The position numbers were made by a program, and so were the translations under genes. A DNA stretch of 10,534 nucleotides from Elusimicrobiota bacterium. GTDB taxonomy: Bacteria; CG03; SLGR01; JAGXOG01. The stretch covers positions 1-10,534 of the forward strand of contig JBNJDT010000051.1 in the NCBI GenBank assembly GCA_051745145.1. Reading direction: 5' to 3'. Below the pieces are notes generated by a model that saw only the letters and a list, made by a program, of their open reading frames with translations, was not told the origin of the DNA and made no database searches. Positions 1 to 6,851 of the stretch are shown in pieces (position 1 is the first letter of the stretch; each line of letters begins with the position of its first letter).

Positions 1-281
1 TTCTCATAAAAATATTCAAGCATTTTTTTCGGGCTTTCCTGCACCTGTTCGCTTAATTTCTCGATAATATCCAAATTTTCCCTATCAATATCAACTCTGT
101 TTGAAGCTAATGCCGCATCATTTTTTTCTTTTGACAGAAGTAAAGCCTCATTATAAATTTCCTCTTCGGAAGCGACGTTTTTCTTATTTGAAACTTCTTT
201 TTTTTGTGGCTGTGGCTCTATCTTTTTAGATGTTTTTTTCGGTTCTTTATCTTTTTTGTATATATCTGAAATTCTTACCAT
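1..281 (-). CDS. 5' part of an unidentified protein (MVRISDIYKKDKEPKKTSKKIEPQPQKKEV...QVQESPKKMLEYFYE), truncated by the window edge
   Basis: Manual translation: ATG at 281-279, frame open for 93 codons to the left edge. Not in the ORF track. TATAAT lies 5 nt upstream of the ATG. Confidence 0.8.
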   Translation of the reverse strand, partial: MVRISDIYKKDKEPKKTSKKIEPQPQKKEVSNKKNVASEEEIYNEALLLSKEKNDAALASNRVDIDRENLDIIEKLSEQVQESPKKMLEYFYE

Positions 282-286
282 TTTAA

Positions 287-292
287 ATTATA
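287..292 (-). promoter_or_regulatory. Candidate -10 box (TATAAT) 5 nt upstream of ATG 281; possible leaderless promoter
   Basis: Minus strand reads TATAATttaaaATG. No SD close to the start and no convincing -35. Confidence 0.4.
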
Positions 293-310
293 TAAAAATA
301 TACTTTCCCC

Positions 311-334
311 TTGTCCGCGATAACTGCGGATCAA
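311..334. other. Short intergenic inverted repeat (TCCGC-N7-GCGGA, flanked by TTG/CAA)
   Basis: ttgtccgcgataactgcggatcaa lies between the small-protein stop and the next gene. It has no U-tract, so it is not called a terminator. Confidence 0.35.
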
Positions 335-361
335 TAACTAATTTTAGTTTTTCACCTATAA

Positions 362-532
362 TTAACTCTCGTAAATCTGATCTATTGCTATAGCAAAAAG
401 AAGCAGTATTACAGCCATTCCGGCCCATGCCCTGGACGGCAATACAATAGGAGTAACTACAAGCCTGGAAATGCCCCCTATTACTGCCCCGGCCATGGCC
501 ACCCATACACAAGTTTTAGCAAGTTTCTTCAT
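362..532 (-). CDS. Small membrane protein, 56 aa, two hydrophobic helices (MKKLAKTCVWVAMAGAVIGGISRLVVTPIVLPSRAWAGMAVILLLFAIAIDQIYES)
   Basis: Manual translation: ATG 532-530, TAA 364-362. Strong SD (AAGGAGA) just upstream. Basic N-terminus followed by two hydrophobic segments. Confidence 0.85.
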   Translation of the reverse strand: MKKLAKTCVWVAMAGAVIGGISRLVVTPIVLPSRAWAGMAVILLLFAIAIDQIYES

Positions 533-553
533 TTTTAATTTCTCCTTTTTTTT

Positions 554-581
554 ATATTAACAGTCCCTCAACTCAAGTCAA
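554..581 (-). promoter_or_regulatory. Candidate sigma70 promoter for the small protein: TTGACT-16-TAATAT with extended TG
   Basis: -35 at 581-576 overlaps the ATPase stop codon. -10 at 559-554 is preceded by TGt. Confidence 0.5.
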
Positions 582-1378
582 ATTAAATCCCCCACCACTT
601 CAGTTACAATATCTTCCCCTATCTGTTCAACTTTCTGAGTAAATCCGGTTAAAAGACTTAAATCGCATATGGAGTTAATACGGCGGGGAATACCGCCCGA
701 ATTATTGAATATCACTTCGCAGGCATTTTTTGTAAAAATCTTGTTTGTCCCACCGGCGACTTCAATCCTGTGTTTTATATACTCAGTAGTGTCTTTTAAA
801 TTCATCCTATCAAGATGAGCCTTTATTCCCACTCTTTGAGCAAGCTGCTTTATATTGTTAATTTTTGTATTAATTTCTGGCTGTCCCGAAAGAATAAGGG
901 TAATCAAAAATTTCTCCTCTCGCTGAAAATTTAAAAGCATCCTCAGTTCTTCAAAGGTATCCTTGGAGTTAATTACATGGGCTTCGTCTACTACTACTAT
1001 TGTATGCTTCCCGTCATTGTAATTATTTAAAACCGCCTTATCTATTCTCTTAAGAAATTCCGCCTTGTTCTCCGGTATCTCCTCATCAATTCCAAGATTA
1101 TAGGTTATGGAAGATAAAAGTTCCAAAGGATTCATCTGAGGATTGGGAACAAAAACAATATCGTATTTACCTTTTTCCAGTTCAAGAAAAAGTGATTTTA
1201 AAAGTAGCGTTTTCCCGCACCCGAAAACCCCGCTGAGAACAATGCATCCCAATGCCGAATCTATTCCGTATTTCAGACGAGCTGTCGCCTCTTCATGCTG
1301 AGATGACGGGTACAAAAACTTTGGTTCGGTGGTATTTCTAAAAGGTTTATCCGCTAAATCCCAGTAAGTCTCATACAT
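578..1378 (-). CDS. ExeA/GspA-like AAA+ ATPase (stand-alone ATPase domain)
   Basis: MYETYWDLADKPF N-terminus, Walker A GVFGCGKT, Walker B IVVVDEAH, LILSGQPE, SGGIPRRINSICDLSL. Confidence 0.92.
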   Translation of the reverse strand: MYETYWDLADKPFRNTTEPKFLYPSSQHEEATARLKYGIDSALGCIVLSGVFGCGKTLLLKSLFLELEKGKYDIVFVPNPQMNPLELLSSITYNLGIDEEIPENKAEFLKRIDKAVLNNYNDGKHTIVVVDEAHVINSKDTFEELRMLLNFQREEKFLITLILSGQPEINTKINNIKQLAQRVGIKAHLDRMNLKDTTEYIKHRIEVAGGTNKIFTKNACEVIFNNSGGIPRRINSICDLSLLTGFTQKVEQIGEDIVTEVVGDLI

Positions 1379-2465
1379 CTTCTTTTCCCCTGAGTTTTCT
1401 GGCCATTCTCATGCGCATCTCTTTTTCCGTTTTCGGTTCAGTTTCATCTTCTGTGTTTTCAGTTTCTGTCCTTTCTTTTGAACCGCGCCTTTTTTGAGAA
1501 TCATCTGAAACTTTTTTAGTCTTTTCGGATATAACTGAAGCTCTTTTCTTAAAATTATTTTTCTCTACATTGCTCTTTTTAAATTCTTCTTTTTTATCTT
1601 CTATTTTCTGTTCTTTTTTATCTAAAACTTTTCTGCGTTCCTCGAGTTGTTCTTTAAGACTGTCAAGCCTCTCTTCTCTTTTTTTTAGCTTTTTTTGTTT
1701 GTTTTCCAAATTCTGTTGCAGAATATTTAAATTATCTTCCCGTTTATCATGTTTCCTGGAACTGCTGTTAAATTTATTACCTAATTTTTCAAGTTCTTCT
1801 TCTTTCTCTTCTAATTTTTGTTCTTTCTTATCTAAATTTTTTCTTATATTTATAATTTCATTTTCTTTTTTATCCAAACCTTTTTTCCGGTCATCCAATT
1901 TTTTCTCCAAATCGCAAAGATCTTTCTTTTTATTTTCAAGATTTTCAACTTTTGCCTTAATATTTTTCTTATTTTTTTTCAGATCCTCCAGGATATTTTG
2001 ATATCCTCTAATATCCTCTTTTAAATGTCTGCGTTTCTTTTTTAAATTTTCATTCTTTTCCTTCAAATTTTCATTCTTTTCTTTCAAATTTTCCTGTTGT
2101 TCTAACTGAAAACTCAATTTATTTTTAACTATTTTTAATAATTTTTTGGGACCGAGAACTGTTTCTAAAATATTTTTCTCTTTTTTACTTTTTTTATTTT
2201 TAAGTTTTTCTTTGTCTCTTTTTTTATTTTTTACTCTTTCTTTTTTTATCTTTTCCCGACTCACTGCCCGATTTATTCTTTCTATATCTTCTAAAGTAAA
2301 TCTAAAATGTTCCTCTTCATCAATTAAATTTTCTGTTCCATTTATTAATCTACTCTCATCATTCTTAATAACTCTCTGTATATCCTTAGTTTCTTCAATC
2401 AGTCTTTCCACTTTTTTTATATATGAATTTTTATTGTATTTTGTTGTTTTTTTTGTTTTTGTCAT
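1371..2465 (-). CDS. Lys/Glu-rich long coiled-coil protein of unknown function
   Basis: 364-aa ORF with heptad Leu periodicity and no TM segment. Overlaps the ATPase start by 8 bp and follows the GT4 gene by 21 bp. Confidence 0.85.
   Translation of the reverse strand: MTKTKKTTKYNKNSYIKKVERLIEETKDIQRVIKNDESRLINGTENLIDEEEHFRFTLEDIERINRAVSREKIKKERVKNKKRDKEKLKNKKSKKEKNILETVLGPKKLLKIVKNKLSFQLEQQENLKEKNENLKEKNENLKKKRRHLKEDIRGYQNILEDLKKNKKNIKAKVENLENKKKDLCDLEKKLDDRKKGLDKKENEIINIRKNLDKKEQKLEEKEEELEKLGNKFNSSSRKHDKREDNLNILQQNLENKQKKLKKREERLDSLKEQLEERRKVLDKKEQKIEDKKEEFKKSNVEKNNFKKRASVISEKTKKVSDDSQKRRGSKERTETENTEDETEPKTEKEMRMRMARKLRGKEDV
2044..2093. repeat. 21-bp in-frame tandem repeat (about 2.4 copies; encodes ENLKEKN-ENLKEKN-ENL)
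   Basis: aaattttcattcttttccttc / aaattttcattcttttctttc / aaattttc. Confidence 0.9.
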
Positions 2466-2486
2466 TTTATTTCTTTACTTTAAACA

Positions 2487-3605
2487 TTAAGCTTTATCTC
2501 TTCCGGCAATCATTAAAACTATTATCAATAAATATATTAACAAACTCTGAGTCATTATTACAAGAGTATTTATTAATTGGGCTTTCCTTATAACGAAAGC
2601 CGAAAAACCAAATATTAAAGCACATACCCAAATTATTATTACGGCCTGATTTTTTGTAAACCCTATTTTTACAAGTCTATGGTGTATATGGTCTTTTCCC
2701 GTATGCACAATCCATTCTTTAAAATTTCTCACCGTCCCGTTCTTTATCCTTGATACTGTTGTATAAGCCATATCAAATATATATAGAGAAAAAATTAAAA
2801 GGGGGGTAACAATAGCCACCGGTAAACTTGCCGCATTCCAGGAGCCGGCTATGGCAATTGAAGCTAAAAGAAAACCGACAACCGTAGATCCGTTGTCTCC
2901 TAAAAATACTTTTGCTTTGGGGAAATTATAAGGTAGAAATCCGGCTGTGCTTCCGGCAAGGGCCATGGCCAGCCAGGATACAGTTAATATATTGCCGTCG
3001 TGAGCAATAAAAAAGAGAGTCAAAGAAGATATAATTGCCAATCCGGCGGCCTCTCCGTCCATACCGTCTAAATAATTAAAAGCATTTGTTATACCGATAA
3101 CCCCTATATAAGTTATCAATACATCCCCCAAAATTTTAAACGGCACGGAGTGGGGGATAACCTTAACTCTTATTCCAAAATATATCAATGCACTAACCGC
3201 AACAAATTGAAAGGCAAGCTTTATGAAAGCAGATAACTTATATTTATCGTCAAGCAACCCTACTATAAATATAATTAGGGCGCCTAATAATACCCCTTTT
3301 ACCTGATCCGTAAAAACCATATTTCTCACAGTAGCAATCCCAAAACCGGCAAAAACAGCTATTCCCCCGGTCAGCGGAACAGGTTTTTTATGAATTTTCC
3401 TGCTGTTGGGATAATCTTTTAAATCAAATTTTTTACCCAGATATATCACTGCCATAGTTAAAAGATAGGTGAGAAAAAAAGAAAGCAATAGTATATAAAT
3501 ATGGCGTATTTGCAAAATATAAAATAATGTTCCCCCTTGAGGATGGAGTAACAATAAAGATATAGTACCACAGATAATTATTTTCAGGGACTTAGAAAAA
3601 GTCAC
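2487..3605 (-). CDS. wecA: Polyprenyl-phosphate alpha-N-acetylhexosamine-1-phosphate transferase (WecA/TagO type, glycosyltransferase family 4)
   Basis: Multi-TM protein with RKIHKKPVPLTGG, LLDDKY, NAFNYLDGMDG, FLGDNGS and KDHIHHRL motifs. GTG start overlaps the upstream TGA (GTGA). Confidence 0.9.
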   Translation of the reverse strand: MTFSKSLKIIICGTISLLLLHPQGGTLFYILQIRHIYILLLSFFLTYLLTMAVIYLGKKFDLKDYPNSRKIHKKPVPLTGGIAVFAGFGIATVRNMVFTDQVKGVLLGALIIFIVGLLDDKYKLSAFIKLAFQFVAVSALIYFGIRVKVIPHSVPFKILGDVLITYIGVIGITNAFNYLDGMDGEAAGLAIISSLTLFFIAHDGNILTVSWLAMALAGSTAGFLPYNFPKAKVFLGDNGSTVVGFLLASIAIAGSWNAASLPVAIVTPLLIFSLYIFDMAYTTVSRIKNGTVRNFKEWIVHTGKDHIHHRLVKIGFTKNQAVIIIWVCALIFGFSAFVIRKAQLINTLVIMTQSLLIYLLIIVLMIAGRDKA

Positions 3606-4237
3606 TTTAAATCAAGATCCCAGTCAAGAGAAAATCTTAATGGCAAAAACCCTTCCGCATATTTAGTTCTTCCCTGGTAACCTCTGAATATAGCACAGGA
3701 TTTGGCACTTTCCAGAATTGAAAGTCCCTTTATCCTGGTCGCATTTACCTGTGAGGCATGGGCTTTTAAAAGTTCTTTTTTCTTTTCCCATACACTGCCT
3801 ATATCCATGAAAACCGTGGGATTAAATTCAATTGAAGTAGGTACTTCATAAAAAAGTACATTTTTCTTGTACCTTGTAGCCGACTGCATACTGTCCGCGA
3901 CTGCCCGGTGATCCTGATGGGTATCCTGGAAATAATTGGTAAATATGATTTCTGGATCTACTTTATTTATTATCTTTTCAATAAATACTATCGGTTCTCT
4001 TGAGCTGGGGATCTTTGTATCGGTATATTTGCCCCACCATATTTTTTTCACCCCCAGAATATCGGCACTGGCTTCCTGTTCACTTTTTCTGGTATTTCCC
4101 CCAACCTTGCCCTGAGTCAATATAAGTAAATGAATGTTGAAATTTTCCGTTAATTTAAGCAAAGTCCCGCCACACCCAATTTCTATATCGTCCGGATGCG
4201 GACCAACGGCAAGTATATTTGGTTTATCTGTGCTCAT
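3602..4237 (-). CDS. PIG-L/LmbE family N-acetylhexosamine deacetylase
   Basis: ILAVGPHPDDIEIGCGG and DTHQDH metal-binding motifs, plus a C-terminal YAEGF. ATG at 4237 is preferred to the GTG at 4291 because the family domain starts right after it. Confidence 0.92.
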   Translation of the reverse strand: MSTDKPNILAVGPHPDDIEIGCGGTLLKLTENFNIHLLILTQGKVGGNTRKSEQEASADILGVKKIWWGKYTDTKIPSSREPIVFIEKIINKVDPEIIFTNYFQDTHQDHRAVADSMQSATRYKKNVLFYEVPTSIEFNPTVFMDIGSVWEKKKELLKAHASQVNATRIKGLSILESAKSCAIFRGYQGRTKYAEGFLPLRFSLDWDLDLK

Positions 4238-4364
4238 GTCGGTATAATACTGATTCACAAGAAAGCAGTTTCCCTGTAACTTTATCGTCACAAAAATTCA
4301 AACACAAATTATGAAAACTTTTTTCTGTCATTGAATTATAAATACTTCTTACCACTATCAAAAA

Positions 4365-4441
4365 TGGCACCCTCGGGGCGACTCGAACGCCCAGCCTACG
4401 GCTTAGAAGGCCGTTGCTCTATCCAATTGAGCTACGAGGGT
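4365..4441 (-). tRNA. tRNA-Arg, anticodon UCU, CCA encoded
   Basis: Reverse complement ACCCTCG-TAGCTCAATTGGATAGAGCA-ACGGC-CTTCTAA-GCCGT-AGGCT-GGGCG-TTCGAGT-CGCCC-CGAGGGT-G-CCA forms a full 77-nt cloverleaf. Confidence 0.97.
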
Positions 4442-4442
4442 G

Positions 4443-4738
4443 CGAAAGCGCCCGGAGAAATAACACTTGTGTGTTGTTCACTGTACCAGTACTGGTGTCT
4501 CAGCTTGAGCACACTTGCTTCGAGACCGTTAAGAAAAATAACACTTGTGTGTTGTTTTTTAGGTCGAGCACACTTGTTTCGAGACCGTTTAAAAAATTAA
4601 CCTCAACGGTTGATTTTTAGGTCGAGCACACTTGTTTCGAAAGCGCCCGGAGACACTGTGCCAGTACTGGTGAATAACACTTGTGTGTTGTTCACTGTAC
4701 CAGTACTGGTGACCCAGATCGAGCACACCCGTGTGTTA
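4443..4738. repeat. Mosaic array of short palindromic modules (REP/BIME-like architecture) in the tRNA 5' flank
   Basis: A cgaaagcgcccggaga at 4443 and 4638. B aataacacttgtgtgttgtt at 4459, 4537 and 4673. C cactgtRccagtactggtg at 4479, 4654 and 4693. D tYgagcacacttgYttcga at 4505, 4564 and 4622, with a partial copy at 4719. E gaccgtt...tttaggtc brackets at 4524-4565 and 4583-4623. Confidence 0.95.
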
Positions 4739-4808
4739 AAATTATTCCGTCAAATGCAGCCCTGCGTCTTTATATTTATTGTAAAAGAATAAATTAATAT
4801 AGCTGTCT

Positions 4809-4838
4809 ATATTAGTAAAATGAGAGCAATGTTGTCAA
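4809..4838 (-). promoter_or_regulatory. Candidate sigma70 promoter toward the repeat array and tRNA-Arg: TTGACA-18-TAATAT
   Basis: Perfect -35 at 4838-4833 and -10 at 4814-4809. Confidence 0.55.
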
Positions 4839-4860
4839 ACCGGATAAAAATTTGTAAGTT
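4832..4860 (+). promoter_or_regulatory. Candidate sigma70 promoter for the aminotransferase: TTGTCA-17-TAAGTT
   Basis: -35 at 4832-4837 overlaps the divergent -35. -10 at 4855-4860. The region is very AT-rich, so other placements are possible. Confidence 0.4.
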
Positions 4861-4922
4861 ATTAATAATTTAAATAATAAGAAACAGGAGAATGTAAATT
4901 ATATATTAAGGAGTAATTAAAA

Positions 4923-6095
4923 ATGCATTTATCAAAACTGGCAAATGATGTAAATCTTTCGCCGACATTAGCTATTTCAGCCAAGGCCAAACAGCTTAAA
5001 AAAGATGGAAAAGACGTAATAAGTCTCAGTGCCGGAGAACCGGATTTAGGGACTCCCTCCCATATAAAAAATGCCGGAGTGGGAGCTATTACTTCCGGGA
5101 AGACCACCTATACCCCGGCTACCGGTACCCCCGAGTTAAAAGAAGCTATTATAAATAAATTTAAAAATGATAACGGTTTAGAATATAATCAAGACGAAAT
5201 AATGGTTAACTGCGGCGCTAAGCATTCCCTATTTAATCTTATTATGTGTCTTTGCGACCAGGGAGATGAAGTAATAGTACCAGCTCCTTACTGGGTATCC
5301 TATCCGGAGATGGTAAAAGCTGCCGGTGCCGATGCCGTTGCGGCCGATTGCCGGTCAGATTTTAAACTTACTCCGGAGATATTAAAAGATTACCTCACTA
5401 AAAAAACAAAATTAATTATTTTAAATTCCCCGTCCAATCCCACCGGCTATGTATATACTAAAGAAGAACTTGAAAAACTGGGCGATATACTCTTAGAACA
5501 CGATGTCCTTATTATTTCCGATGAAATTTACGAACATTTAGTTTATGAAGGAACTTTTACATCCATTGCTTCAATTTCAGAGGAATTAAAAGAACAGACC
5601 GTAGTGGTAAACGGCGTTTCCAAAGCCTACGCCATGACCGGCTGGAGAATAGGATATGCCGCCGGAAATTCCGAAATCATAGGTGCCTGTGCTAAACTTC
5701 AATCTCACTCAACTTCTAATCCCGCAACCTTTTCTCAATACGGCGCCCAGGAAGCTCTAACTTCCCCAAAAAGTAAAAAATCTGTTTCAGAAATGAGAGA
5801 TATTTTCAAACAAAGACGGGATTATGTATACGAGACTTTAAGTAATATAGAAGGTATAGAAGTGGAAAAGCCCAGCGGAGCTTTTTATATTTTTCCGTCT
5901 ATATTAAACTTACTTAATGAAAAGATAACAACTTCTATGGATTTTGCGGAAAAATTACTTGAAGAAGAACTGGTAGCCTGTGTCCCCGGAGAAGGTTTTG
6001 GAGCTCCGGGATATATAAGACTTTCATATGCCGCTTCTATGGAAGATCTCAAAAAAGCTATGAACAGGATCCAAAATTTTACTCAGGGCCTGTAA
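4923..6095 (+). CDS. aspC: PLP-dependent class I/II aminotransferase (aspartate aminotransferase, AspB/AspC type)
   Basis: SLSAGEPD, NSPSNPTG, ISDEIYE, GVSKAYAMTGWRIGY (PLP Lys), GAFY and YIRLSYA motifs. SD TAAGGAG upstream. Confidence 0.95.
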   Translation: MHLSKLANDVNLSPTLAISAKAKQLKKDGKDVISLSAGEPDLGTPSHIKNAGVGAITSGKTTYTPATGTPELKEAIINKFKNDNGLEYNQDEIMVNCGAKHSLFNLIMCLCDQGDEVIVPAPYWVSYPEMVKAAGADAVAADCRSDFKLTPEILKDYLTKKTKLIILNSPSNPTGYVYTKEELEKLGDILLEHDVLIISDEIYEHLVYEGTFTSIASISEELKEQTVVVNGVSKAYAMTGWRIGYAAGNSEIIGACAKLQSHSTSNPATFSQYGAQEALTSPKSKKSVSEMRDIFKQRRDYVYETLSNIEGIEVEKPSGAFYIFPSILNLLNEKITTSMDFAEKLLEEELVACVPGEGFGAPGYIRLSYAASMEDLKKAMNRIQNFTQGL

Positions 6096-6851
6096 TTAAC
6101 TTCTTATTTTAATACCGTTATTTTTCAGATACTCTTTAGTCTCTTTTATTGAGTATTTTCCAAAGTGAAAAATTGAGGCCGCCAGCGCGGCATCGGCATT
6201 TCCCTGTTTAAAGACTTCACAAATGTGCTCTAAAGTTCCAGCGCCGCCGGAGGCTATAACGGGAATATTTACAGCTTCAGTAACTGCTCGGGTTAATTCG
6301 ATATCATATCCGTCTTTTGTCCCGTCTGCATCCATACTGGTTAACAAGATCTCTCCGGCCCCGAGATCCTCTACTTTTTTAGCCCATTCCAGAACATCCA
6401 GTCCCGTAGGTTCCCGGCCCCCGCATATATAAATTTCCCAACTGTTTCCCTTTCTTTTAGCGTCAATTGCCGAAACTATACACTGACTGCCAAAATCCCG
6501 GGACGCTTTTTTAATAATATCCGGATTTTTAACCGCCCGGGTATTTATAGAGACTTTATCCGCTCCCGCTCTAAGCAACGTATTAATATCATTTACAGAA
6601 TTAATACCCCCTCCAACTGTGAATGGAATAAATACATTCCGGGCAATCTTATCCACCAGTTCTACGCGAGTTTTTCTCTTCTCCGGTGCCGCTGCAATAT
6701 CTAAAAACACCAGTTCATCGGCTCCTTCTTCGCTATATCTTGCTCCGGCCTCTACCGGATCACCGGCATCCCGCAAGTTTTTAAATTCCACTCCTTTTAC
6801 AACCCGTCCATCCTTAACATCCAGGCAAGGTATTATTCTTTTTGCTAACAT
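6096..6851 (-). CDS. hisF: Imidazole glycerol phosphate synthase, cyclase subunit
   Basis: [72 protein letters not shown]. Confidence 0.98.
   Translation of the reverse strand: MLAKRIIPCLDVKDGRVVKGVEFKNLRDAGDPVEAGARYSEEGADELVFLDIAAAPEKRKTRVELVDKIARNVFIPFTVGGGINSVNDINTLLRAGADKVSINTRAVKNPDIIKKASRDFGSQCIVSAIDAKRKGNSWEIYICGGREPTGLDVLEWAKKVEDLGAGEILLTSMDADGTKDGYDIELTRAVTEAVNIPVIASGGAGTLEHICEVFKQGNADAALAASIFHFGKYSIKETKEYLKNNGIKIRS

Noticed and set aside
293..361. Riboswitch or intrinsic terminator upstream of the edge gene
   Set aside because: Only a short stem is present, with no U-tract and no aptamer consensus I recognise.
288..512. 74-aa ORF in the track (MCMGGHG...)
   Set aside because: Alternative frame over the 362-532 ORF, which has the SD, an ATG start and a coherent membrane-protein sequence.
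1570..2490. Plus-strand F/L/S-rich ORFs 1570-2001 and 2146-2490
   Set aside because: Antisense shadows of the K/E-rich coiled-coil gene.
4238..4291. N-terminal extension of the PIG-L ORF from GTG 4291
   Set aside because: The domain begins just after ATG 4237, and the extension spans a promoter-like sequence.
4292..4441. Prophage or island integrated at tRNA-Arg(UCU)
   Set aside because: No duplicate of the tRNA 3' end and no integrase were seen, and the repeats lie on the 5' side.
4459..4623. Integron attC sites
   Set aside because: GTTAAGA and TAAC occur, but there are no complementary RYYYAAC...GTTRRRY ends enclosing a stem, no cassette ORFs and no integrase.
4443..4738. CRISPR array interpretation
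   Set aside because: The intervening segments are themselves repeated and palindromic rather than unique spacers, the period is irregular (59/58/97), and no cas genes are in the window.
4331..4792. Plus-strand ORFs 4331-4600, 4414-4620 and 4610-4792
   Set aside because: They are translations of the antisense tRNA and the repeat modules, with no SD and no protein-like features.
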